Positions 18,397 through 26,142 of a stretch of DNA of 37,040 nt are shown here, piece by piece. Made by a program: the position numbers and the translations under genes. Below the pieces are notes generated by a model. The model was not told the DNA's origin. It saw only the letters and a program-made list of their open reading frames with translations, and did not search any database. The stretch comes from a virus. Each line of letters starts with the position of its first letter. The stretch's first letter is position 1. The stretch is from positions 1-37,040 of IMG/VR virus record IMGVR_UViG_3300045988_150299; one strand, given 5' to 3'.

Positions 18397-18597
18397 TTAG
18401 TCCATTTCACAACCTATTGTTATGGGCCTACCACAATAAGGGCAAATTACGTTTTCATTGTCAGAATATAATTCTTTCCACCTTTTACTATATCTTTTAA
18501 CTTTTTCTTGTTCTCCACAACATCTAGCATAAAAAATATATTTATTGTCGTCCAAGTCTATCCCTATATTAAACCATTTACAATATTTACTTTCCAT
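18397..18597 (-). CDS. Small zinc-ribbon protein
   Basis: 66 aa with cysteine pairs CKW...CCGE...CPYCG...C. Confidence 0.5.
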   Translation of the reverse strand: MESKYCKWFNIGIDLDDNKYIFYARCCGEQEKVKRYSKRWKELYSDNENVICPYCGRPITIGCEMD

Positions 18598-18615
18598 TTA
18601 TCCCCCTTTTATACC

Positions 18616-18846
18616 TCAAGGTATAATTTTAACTCTTGAGTGTTTATCTGCTTCTTTCCAAAATCTTTGTAATTTTCTTTTTTGCAATATAGAACTTATA
18701 GTTCTACCTAATTTTAAACTAATATCTTTTAAATCGTTTCTATAATCTAGTGCATACTCTAAGTCTTTACTTGTCCAAGGTTTGTTATGATTAAAATGAT
18801 ATTTAGGGTTGTAATTAATTAAATCTTTATTTTTTACTTTTTCCAA
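18616..18846 (-). CDS. Hypothetical small protein, possible Myb/SANT-like HTH
   Basis: 76 aa. TTG start 5 nt after the AAGGGGGT SD core. The pattern KPWTSKDLEYAL...ISLKLGRTISSI resembles a DNA-binding repeat. Confidence 0.35.
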   Translation of the reverse strand: MEKVKNKDLINYNPKYHFNHNKPWTSKDLEYALDYRNDLKDISLKLGRTISSILQKRKLQRFWKEADKHSRVKIIP

Positions 18847-18848
18847 CT

Positions 18849-18926
18849 CTACCCCCTTATCTTTTGTAATACATCAATTACTATTACTGCTACTACTAAC
18901 ATTAATATAATTTTAGGTCTTGTCAT
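18849..18926 (-). CDS. Unlisted 25-aa hydrophobic peptide ORF (MTRPKIILMLVVAVIVIDVLQKIRG)
   Basis: Its ATG overlaps the mazG-like stop (ATGA). SD AAGGAG lies 5 nt upstream. It fills the gap to the next gene exactly. Confidence 0.35.
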   Translation of the reverse strand: MTRPKIILMLVVAVIVIDVLQKIRG

Positions 18927-19348
18927 TTCATCTCCTTGTTTTTGACTTTGATTCTTTTTATATTCCTATCCATTTTTCTTTTATACTCTTCTTCTAACTC
19001 TTCATCATCAAAGTTATAAATTTCTTTTAAAAGTTGGAGGCAGATATAAACGTCTGCCATCTCTTCTTTTATCTCTTCTCTCCTATCAAAACCTCTTAAA
19101 TCCTTACAGATTTCTTTTTGCAACTCTGATAATTCCTCTACTGCTATCATTTTGTTGACGTCAACACTTTGGTTTTCTAATAAGAGTTTTATATCTGGAT
19201 TCGATTTTATTAATTTATCATTTTTTACTTTAGTATTTACTTGTTTTACTCCAGTGTATTTTTCAAAATCTTTTCTTCTTGCTTCTTCCATTTTTTCTTT
19301 ATTATTTTTGAATAAGCCATGAGATAAGCCAGTAATACCGTGTAACAT
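18923..19348 (-). CDS. MazG-like nucleotide pyrophosphohydrolase
   Basis: The acidic helix pairs EELSELQKEI and EEMADVYICLQLL are typical of the all-alpha NTP-PPase (MazG) fold. Confidence 0.6.
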   Translation of the reverse strand: MLHGITGLSHGLFKNNKEKMEEARRKDFEKYTGVKQVNTKVKNDKLIKSNPDIKLLLENQSVDVNKMIAVEELSELQKEICKDLRGFDRREEIKEEMADVYICLQLLKEIYNFDDEELEEEYKRKMDRNIKRIKVKNKEMK

Positions 19349-19369
19349 TTTAATTTCTTTCCTCCTCTC

Positions 19370-19876
19370 CTAGAATGGAAACTCATCATCATGTTCTATT
19401 ACCTTTCCATACTTTTCACGATATTTATTCCAAGTTACTGGAGTATCAACACCATCTTTATTTTCCTTTGCAGTTCTTTTATATTTCATATCTACAAAAG
19501 TTTGGATTCTTCTTTCTACTCTTCCATCATTTTGTTTACATTCAACTATAACTCCAATACCTGCACCTTCAAGTTCTTCAATAACCAATTTCTCTCCTCT
19601 AACTACTGGATTTAGTTCTGGTTTGTGCTTAGTTAAATACATAAGATGTGCTATGTGTCTTAAATTAAATGCTATATCTTTTCCATCTTTAGCTTTAAAG
19701 AAAAGACTTAGAGGCAATATATCTTCATTTACCTTTATTGTAAGATTTAATGCTACTGCCTTGCTATCTCTTGTCTCAAATAACTCTGCCTTTGTTATAA
19801 CTCCTGTATAACAACCGCTCTCTTCAATTATTACGCTATCTGCCTGTTCATTTAAGTATTTTTCATCTAATGTCAT
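19370..19876 (-). CDS. Hypothetical protein (possibly a DUF669-type ssDNA-binding-like protein)
   Basis: 168 aa. Only a weak pattern resemblance (GCYTGVITKAE...ALNLTIKV). Confidence 0.3.
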   Translation of the reverse strand: MTLDEKYLNEQADSVIIEESGCYTGVITKAELFETRDSKAVALNLTIKVNEDILPLSLFFKAKDGKDIAFNLRHIAHLMYLTKHKPELNPVVRGEKLVIEELEGAGIGVIVECKQNDGRVERRIQTFVDMKYKRTAKENKDGVDTPVTWNKYREKYGKVIEHDDEFPF

Positions 19877-19878
19877 AA

Positions 19879-20223
19879 TTACACCTCTTTATGTTCCCAA
19901 GTTATTATAAATATAAATTCAATATTATTTTTAAATACTGTTATATCTGTTACCTTTCTTGTAAAACTTTCTCCTGTTTCTTTGTTTTCTATTTCTATAT
20001 AAAGTTTAATATCTTCTGGTATTTTATAATTATTCTCCAATGATAACTTGTAAATATCTGATAAAAGATTAAAACGACTATCTTCTGAATAAGAAAAATA
20101 ATTATCATCTACAACTCTTACTGTATTATTTTTTATTCCACTTTTTTCTTTTTCATAAAAAACAGGTTTACTTTTGAACTTTACTTTCATTTCTTTTATC
20201 ATAACTAAGCCTCCTGCTCCCAT
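19879..20223 (-). CDS. Hypothetical protein (probable start at 20202)
   Basis: An internal ATG is preceded by AGGAGG at 7 nt. No motif. Confidence 0.45.
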   Translation of the reverse strand: MGAGGLVMIKEMKVKFKSKPVFYEKEKSGIKNNTVRVVDDNYFSYSEDSRFNLLSDIYKLSLENNYKIPEDIKLYIEIENKETGESFTRKVTDITVFKNNIEFIFIITWEHKEV

Positions 20224-20468
20224 TTATCTTTTTGAAATTTTTTATTAAATATTTTAGGTGGATTTACAAACCACTCTACACTGTCAAAGCCTGTATAGAT
20301 ATAGTTGTTAGGTTCTACTTTCTCATAATCTATCATTATGCAGTCCTCAACTTTTCTAACTTGATGGTCTGATAATACCTCTGCTACTTCCTTGTGGTTT
20401 TTACCATTAAAAAATACTGCTTTTACTCTGAAATTACTTTCAATATTTCTATATATCATTCCACTCAT
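20205..20468 (-). CDS. Hypothetical protein
   Basis: 87-aa ORF that overlaps its neighbours on both sides (translational coupling). Confidence 0.45.
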   Translation of the reverse strand: MSGMIYRNIESNFRVKAVFFNGKNHKEVAEVLSDHQVRKVEDCIMIDYEKVEPNNYIYTGFDSVEWFVNPPKIFNKKFQKDKWEQEA

Positions 20469-20803
20469 TATTTCTTTTCTCCTTTTTTCTCTTTATCAAA
20501 TGGTAACTGCTCTTTTTTTATAGCTTCCTCTATCTCTTCCGGACTTAGTCCTGCTTCAAATTTTTCAAGGAATTTATCATAATCTACATTTTTATATTTT
20601 CCTTGAGATTTTTCACTATCAAAATATACTTGTAATGCTTGTTTCTTAGATAGTTTTATAGATATTTCTAAATCTCCATCTTTGTATTTTAAGATAACAT
20701 TAGCATTACTTACTTGATGTCCAGAAGGAACTAACTTAGTTGTAGGTTTATATTTTTTTCTAAATGATGTATCTACAACCTCCATAACTTTAATATCTAC
20801 CAT
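20468..20803 (-). CDS. Hypothetical protein
   Basis: 111-aa ORF with a Lys/Glu-rich C-terminus. Confidence 0.45.
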   Translation of the reverse strand: MVDIKVMEVVDTSFRKKYKPTTKLVPSGHQVSNANVILKYKDGDLEISIKLSKKQALQVYFDSEKSQGKYKNVDYDKFLEKFEAGLSPEEIEEAIKKEQLPFDKEKKGEKK

Positions 20804-21087
20804 TTTTCATCAACTCCTTTTAAAGCTCTTCTAGCTTTCTTTGTTTTTTTATCTTTTATTTTTTTTAATAAGTTTTCAATACTAATTTCTTTCCAGCCCT
20901 CTGCTCCTCTTTCTAGTATTGTTATAGGATTTTTAGCTTTAGGTTTCATTCTAAAAAAATATCTAGCTGCCTCATACATAGTTATAAATGATTCTTTAAA
21001 TTCCATTCTTTTATACTCTTCTCCATTTATAACTACTATTTCTTTGATTGATTCCACTATGTAGTTATAGCTTTCTAAATTTATCAT
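20797..21087 (-). CDS. Hypothetical protein
   Basis: 96-aa ORF with SD AAGGGGGT upstream of its ATG. Confidence 0.45.
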   Translation of the reverse strand: MINLESYNYIVESIKEIVVINGEEYKRMEFKESFITMYEAARYFFRMKPKAKNPITILERGAEGWKEISIENLLKKIKDKKTKKARRALKGVDEKW

Positions 21088-21199
21088 TATTACCCCCTTT
21101 TTTTGCTTATAATCTAATTAAAACATTCAAGTCTTTAAATATTTTAACTAGAGCATAAGCTCTAGCTTTATGTGTGTTGTAAGTTATTTTAAGAAAGTT

Positions 21200-21649
21200 T
21201 TATTTTTTATGTGCCATTCCTAAAGCAAATCCAAGTCCATACCATATTTGATTTTTAACTCTTTCTAATAGAATTTCAGCTCCTATTTCCTCTGAATAGT
21301 TTTTATCATCTACACTAGAAGTTGATTCTATTCCAGTAAATCCATTAGCTAGTTTATATTCCATTACAGTAGTTTTCTTACCAAACATAATTTTAGTGTA
21401 GATATTTTTCTCTACTATGAAGTCATCTACTAATTTTTCTGGAATTTTATTATTCTCTATTTCATATGCTTGCTCTAAAAATCTATCTTTAGGACACATA
21501 GAAACATATCCATCTTCATAGAATACTTTGAATACTCTTTCATCTCCATCTTCATTAGCTGGTAACTCCCAACCTCTGCTTTGACAATATTCTTTCCTAC
21601 TCATTTCCTCTACTTCTACAACCTTAGTTGTTAGAAATTGCTTTTTCAT
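21200..21649 (-). CDS. N4 Gp49 / Sf6 gp66-like phage protein
   Basis: The N-terminus VVEVEEMSRKEYCQSRGWELP and the C-terminus DDKNYSEEIGAEILLERVKNQIWYGLGF fit the pattern of that family. Confidence 0.4.
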   Translation of the reverse strand: MKKQFLTTKVVEVEEMSRKEYCQSRGWELPANEDGDERVFKVFYEDGYVSMCPKDRFLEQAYEIENNKIPEKLVDDFIVEKNIYTKIMFGKKTTVMEYKLANGFTGIESTSSVDDKNYSEEIGAEILLERVKNQIWYGLGFALGMAHKK

Positions 21650-21671
21650 TCCTACTACCTCCTACCAATTC

Positions 21672-21779
21672 CTACTTATTTTTTATCTTATAATCTCTTT
21701 TACATTTTCTATATCCCCATACAAAACCACCAGCTACTGCAATGACTGCTCCAAATAATTCAATTATTAATCTACTCAT
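21672..21779 (-). CDS. Unlisted 35-aa membrane peptide ORF (MSRLIIELFGAVIAVAGGFVWGYRKCKRDYKIKNK)
   Basis: AGGAGG lies 5 nt upstream of the ATG. One TM helix followed by a basic tail. Confidence 0.4.
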   Translation of the reverse strand: MSRLIIELFGAVIAVAGGFVWGYRKCKRDYKIKNK

Positions 21780-21788
21780 ATTTTCCTC

Positions 21789-22097
21789 CTATAAATCTAC
21801 TTCTATTTTTTTTAATTGCTTTTCTAAAACTGCTATCATTTTATCTACAAATTCAGGTGTTTTAATACCTTGATAGTTCCCATTTTCTTTTATTTTTTTG
21901 TGATATTCCAACTCTTGCCCCCAAATTTGTTTTAACATTTTTGCATACATTCTACATATTGCCTTTTTAGTTAGATCATCTATGTCTTTTCTTTCTTTAT
22001 TTTCTTGGTATAAATTATCCCATTCAGTTACAAAATACCCCTCCATTCCTGGGTCTAATTCTAATATAAATACATTTAAGCCTTTTATCTTTTCCAT
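21789..22097 (-). CDS. Hypothetical protein
   Basis: 102-aa ORF with SD AAGGAGG 5 nt upstream. It is the first gene after the capsid terminator. Confidence 0.45.
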   Translation of the reverse strand: MEKIKGLNVFILELDPGMEGYFVTEWDNLYQENKERKDIDDLTKKAICRMYAKMLKQIWGQELEYHKKIKENGNYQGIKTPEFVDKMIAVLEKQLKKIEVDL

Positions 22098-22110
22098 ATT
22101 TTCCTCCTTA

Positions 22111-22145
22111 TAAAAAATAGAGGGAAAATGCAGTATCCCTCTATT
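22111..22145 (-). terminator. Rho-independent terminator after the major capsid gene
   Basis: 10-bp stem aatagaggga/tccctctatt (22116-22125/22136-22145), followed by a U-run on the minus strand. Confidence 0.6.
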
Positions 22146-22181
22146 CAGTTGTAATGGTTAAATTAAATTGTTGCTTCCTGT

Positions 22182-23453
22182 CTATTCTGATTTTTTAGCT
22201 GCTTTTGTAGTTGTAGTAGTTGTTGCTGGTGCTTCTTGTGTTTCAGTAACTGCTGCTTGTTTGTTAGCTGCTCTTAATCTTTCTAGTTCTAACTCTTTTT
22301 CTACTCTCTCCATTCTCATTTTCTCAATCTCTTTTTCCTGCTCTAGTTGTTCATTATTTGCTAATGACATTGTATTCATAGCCATAGCAGATACTGGTTC
22401 TACTGAGGCTGCAGCTGCTCCTGTTGTTCTCTTATACTTGAAAAAGAATACTCCCTCTGGATTTAATAATTCTGTTGAGTTATACACTTCAACATCTAAT
22501 AAGTATGATTTTTTATCAGCTATATAGTTAGCTTCTGGTGTTACTGATACATCTTTGTTATCTTGTCCAAAACTTCTTTCAACCATAACTACAAAATATC
22601 CTACTCCTTCACTACCTGTTGGATATAAAGTTTTGTCAAATTGGAATAAGCTTTCTACATGTCCACCCATCAACATAGATAATGGTTTTCCTGTTTTTCT
22701 TGTTTCTCCCTCTCCAAAATCTTTACTTGAGAATCTTTCAGCATTTGCAAGCTCTGTATTCCCTTCTACACCAGACACTATAGCTATTCTCAATCCTTGA
22801 GCTTCTGCTGCTTCTTGAGCTTGTAACATCATTTGTCTGAATAGTTTTATATTTTCTGGAGTATCAAACTCTTTTGTTTCATCTCCGTAAAATTGACTTT
22901 CTGGAATAGTTAAATCAAATGTTTTGTTGTTATTGTCATAAACTGTTCTTTTCTTATTTGTTATACAATCTTTGAAAAGTTCAGCTATTCTTTTAGCACA
23001 TTTTCCACGAGTTGCAGCTATTTGTGCATCTATTATTACCGATTTTTCATCTAGTTGAGAACGGTCGAAATCTCTTCTCTTAACATATACAGGACATTCC
23101 ATTCCTGTTGGATATACTCTAATACTTTGTAAGAAAGTTCCTGTATCTTGCCCTTTAACCTCTCCTGGTGTATAATTAGGTCCAGACATAGCTTGTGTGT
23201 CATCTATATCTCTAGCTTCTAATCTTCCAGATACATAGAATAAAGAATAAGCCTCTTTTGTTGAAGCTGATTTTTCAAACCAACCCTCAAGTGGCATTTT
23301 GTTTGTTGTATTTAAGGCTCTTTTTACACTATTTACATATTTAGCCTGTTCTCCTGCTGAAAGGTTTACGTTTCCGTATTCATATCCTCCAGCTCCAGCA
23401 AATAGCTGGATATTTAATCCTGTGCTTCCTAATAAAGTTTTTTCATTTCTCAA
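22182..23453 (-). CDS. Major capsid protein
   Basis: 423 aa, located after the portal and scaffold genes. It carries the N-terminal L27-like leader LNIQLFA. A terminator lies directly downstream. Confidence 0.55.
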   Translation of the reverse strand: MRNEKTLLGSTGLNIQLFAGAGGYEYGNVNLSAGEQAKYVNSVKRALNTTNKMPLEGWFEKSASTKEAYSLFYVSGRLEARDIDDTQAMSGPNYTPGEVKGQDTGTFLQSIRVYPTGMECPVYVKRRDFDRSQLDEKSVIIDAQIAATRGKCAKRIAELFKDCITNKKRTVYDNNNKTFDLTIPESQFYGDETKEFDTPENIKLFRQMMLQAQEAAEAQGLRIAIVSGVEGNTELANAERFSSKDFGEGETRKTGKPLSMLMGGHVESLFQFDKTLYPTGSEGVGYFVVMVERSFGQDNKDVSVTPEANYIADKKSYLLDVEVYNSTELLNPEGVFFFKYKRTTGAAAASVEPVSAMAMNTMSLANNEQLEQEKEIEKMRMERVEKELELERLRAANKQAAVTETQEAPATTTTTTKAAKKSE

Positions 23454-23471
23454 GTATTCCTCCTTAAAATC

Positions 23472-24167
23472 TTATTTTATAAAATCCCAATAAAATGGGT
23501 CATCTTGCTTTTTAGCTTGTGCATATTCTTTTAATTTATTCATTAAACCTTTATCATTTGTATCTAAAGATTGATTATAAGCCTCAATGAATCCATCATG
23601 TGTATAATCTGTTGAAAGCTGTGTTTTTCCAACTCCTACTACACTTCCTGTACTTCCTGCTTTCATTTCCATGTATTCCTTTAGGATTTGAGCTCCTATT
23701 GCATTTTCTGCCATAGCTCTATATACTATCTGTCTATCTGTGTCTTTCTCTGCTCCTATGAAGTTATTTATTGCTTCCATACTTGCATTAAGTTCTGGAG
23801 TGAAAGCTGCTTTTTGTTCTGCTAGATAAGCTTTTCTATCATCTAGTCTTGATTTAATGTACTCTGGAGTGTAACCTTTTTCTTGAGCCTCTGTGATATA
23901 TGGTGCTATATCTCCAATCTCTTGGTAATCTTCTGCTTTTATTCCTTCCCAAGTTAATGGCTCTACTTTAGGTTCTGCCCCTGCTCCATTATCTCCACTT
24001 GGTTGTGGTGGTTCTCCCCCAGCTCCTGTATTTACTGTTGGCTCTGGATTTGGTGTAGGTTCTCCTCCTGTATCTCCTCCCTCTGCTCCTCCAAATAATT
24101 GGATATTAAATTTAAATCTTTCTTTATCAGTCATTTTCTTCTTTTGCCTCCTTTGTAAATATCTCAA
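23472..24167 (-). CDS. Scaffolding protein (probable true start at the ATG at 24134)
   Basis: It lies between the portal and capsid genes. From 24134 the N-terminus reads MTDKERFKFNIQLFGG, followed by a Gly/Pro-rich linker and a helical C-terminus. Confidence 0.5.
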   Translation of the reverse strand: MRYLQRRQKKKMTDKERFKFNIQLFGGAEGGDTGGEPTPNPEPTVNTGAGGEPPQPSGDNGAGAEPKVEPLTWEGIKAEDYQEIGDIAPYITEAQEKGYTPEYIKSRLDDRKAYLAEQKAAFTPELNASMEAINNFIGAEKDTDRQIVYRAMAENAIGAQILKEYMEMKAGSTGSVVGVGKTQLSTDYTHDGFIEAYNQSLDTNDKGLMNKLKEYAQAKKQDDPFYWDFIK

Positions 24168-24348
24168 TATATAAACTGTTTGCTCCTGTTATCTCCTTTA
24201 CTTTACCTGTTGTATCAATTCCTTTTTCATTCATAATAGATACTTTGTTATGCTCAAGTATTAGATATAACTCAAACAATCTTTTTAAAGCTCTATCATC
24301 TCTATATCTTCTCTTTAGGATTTCAAATTCTTTTACATCTTCTGTCAT
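24127..24348 (-). CDS. Hypothetical small head-module protein
   Basis: 73 aa. Its ATG overlaps the portal stop (ATGA). Confidence 0.4.
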   Translation of the reverse strand: MTEDVKEFEILKRRYRDDRALKRLFELYLILEHNKVSIMNEKGIDTTGKVKEITGANSLYIEIFTKEAKEEND

Positions 24349-25856
24349 TGCTCTATCATTCCCCCTTGTTGTTGTGCAGCTATCATAGCGTTCATTTCCT
24401 CAACTTGCTTTTCTGTTTCCTCTCCAGATTTCCACTCTTTGTTATTGATTCTAAACCTTTTTTGTTGAGCATTTATGTATTCTGCTTGGTTCATATTAGC
24501 TGCTGCAACTTGAGGTCCCAGAGTGCTTGCTATATTTTGAAAATACAACATATTTCTTTCAAGGTCGTCTTGGTCTTGAGCAATAGTCAAGGCATTGTAG
24601 AATCTTATCTTTAATCTTGGGTTTTCCTGTAAAGCTTTAATTTTAGATATATCTATAATGCTAATCTTTTGTAAGCATTGAAAAACTTTTATAACTATCT
24701 CTCTTAAAAGTTCCCTTTGCATTAGTGCATATGTTGGCTCTATTTGCTTAGCGAACTCTGTTGTTACTAGCTGTGTTGTTGTAGCAGTAACATTCTTTAG
24801 CTGGTCTAAGTTTTGAGCCGTTTCAAATATGTTGATGTAGAATATATCTCTTAAAAGTTCCTTGTACATGTCTAGGTTAAAGAACTCCATGTTAGCGTTC
24901 TCTCCCCTGTTGAATGGTATTATCTGATTTTGCCCTGGCGATTGTCCCATCATAGATATAGCTCCTGGCTCATCTATTCTTGAGTTCTGAATATATTTAG
25001 CTTGCCCATAACCTAAATAGCTTGGTCTAGCTTGTTTCTTAGCAATACGTCTGATGTTAGCTTTAACTTCTTTTAGTCCCTCAATCTCCATTATCGCTTT
25101 AACACAAGGTCCTATGCCATATGGACTATCTCCAATACTTTCATATCTTGCAACTATCCAAGGATTATAGTTATCAATTCTATAATCTAAAATATCTTCA
25201 AACTCATTTGAAGTAGATACTACATAGTGAAACTTTTTAGTTTCTTGGTCGTATATTGTTCCCTCCCATAGTTCAATCTCGTCATCTCGCGACATTTTTT
25301 GAACTTTTTCAGAGTTATAAGCCTTTTCTCCAAAAAGATTAAGAATTTGATGTTTTCTCACTTTACCTGCATTGTAGAATGTATCTCCAGGTTGTTTACC
25401 TCTTCTTTTAGTAAGATAAACATTTATATTGGGTACTGGTTGAAATTCCACGGGATTTGCAATTTTACCAGTAAATCTAACTTTAAAAACTGCCGTTCCT
25501 ATTAGGTAGTCCATAAGAATTACAGCTTTCTCTGTTTCAAAGTTCGAATTTTCTTGAATCTCATCAAATACTATTTCTGTTATGTGTCTAAAGATAATCT
25601 TGTCATCTCTTGATATATCTTCAAACCTTGGTGTTTCTATCCAAGCCCAGATATGATTACTATTAAGTATCATAGCTGATAACTTGTTAGCTAACTTAGT
25701 AGCATATGCTAGTCCTGTACTGTCTACACCATTAAGATTAATTTCTCTTGGTAGAAAGTGTGCTCTAGCTTTCAAATACCAAGCTAGTATTACATTTCTT
25801 TCCTGTTGTGCCTCCTGGAATCTACTACGAAATAGATTTTTAATTCTATCTTCCAT
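24345..25856 (-). CDS. Portal (head-to-tail connector) protein
   Basis: 503 aa, upstream of scaffold and capsid as in T7-like modules. Size and position are typical. Confidence 0.6.
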   Translation of the reverse strand: MEDRIKNLFRSRFQEAQQERNVILAWYLKARAHFLPREINLNGVDSTGLAYATKLANKLSAMILNSNHIWAWIETPRFEDISRDDKIIFRHITEIVFDEIQENSNFETEKAVILMDYLIGTAVFKVRFTGKIANPVEFQPVPNINVYLTKRRGKQPGDTFYNAGKVRKHQILNLFGEKAYNSEKVQKMSRDDEIELWEGTIYDQETKKFHYVVSTSNEFEDILDYRIDNYNPWIVARYESIGDSPYGIGPCVKAIMEIEGLKEVKANIRRIAKKQARPSYLGYGQAKYIQNSRIDEPGAISMMGQSPGQNQIIPFNRGENANMEFFNLDMYKELLRDIFYINIFETAQNLDQLKNVTATTTQLVTTEFAKQIEPTYALMQRELLREIVIKVFQCLQKISIIDISKIKALQENPRLKIRFYNALTIAQDQDDLERNMLYFQNIASTLGPQVAAANMNQAEYINAQQKRFRINNKEWKSGEETEKQVEEMNAMIAAQQQGGMIEQ

Positions 25857-25865
25857 AGTATCTCC

Positions 25866-26141
25866 TTATCCTATTGTCTGGGTACTACTTTTCTTTAGTA
25901 GTCCTAAATTACCTTGTCTTATGCTCTCTTGGAATTGTATCGCAGTATTCTTTTGCTTGTCTTTTTCTGCTTGCTGCTTTTTAGCCTCTGCCTCTTGTTG
26001 TTTTTTTAGTTCCTCTTCCATTCTCTTTTGCTGCTTTTTAGTACCACTAAAGTCAGTAGCTCCAAGCGTAATGGTATCAACAAGTCCTCCTAATACATTT
26101 CCACCACCACCAAACAATTGGATATTTGGTTTAAATTTTAT
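25866..26141 (-). CDS. Small head-module protein with an L27-like leader (the track ORF starts at the TTG at 26117; ATA at 26141 is the proposed start)
   Basis: The frame is open upstream of the TTG. GGAGG lies 9 nt before ATA. Reading from ATA gives (M)KFKPNIQLFGGGG, which matches the leaders of the capsid and scaffold proteins. Confidence 0.45.
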   Translation of the reverse strand: MKFKPNIQLFGGGGNVLGGLVDTITLGATDFSGTKKQQKRMEEELKKQQEAEAKKQQAEKDKQKNTAIQFQESIRQGNLGLLKKSSTQTIG

Positions 26142-26142
26142 A

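Noticed and set aside
22168-22527. 119-aa plus-strand ORF with a poly-Val/Ala N-terminus
   Set aside because: It is antisense to the low-complexity C-terminal extension of the capsid gene, so it is an artefact of the repeat composition.
22628-22639. Iteron-core-like 12-mer aagttttgtcaa inside the capsid gene
   Set aside because: It is a single isolated copy within coding sequence with no flanking iteron bases conserved. It is plausibly chance in an AT-rich genome.
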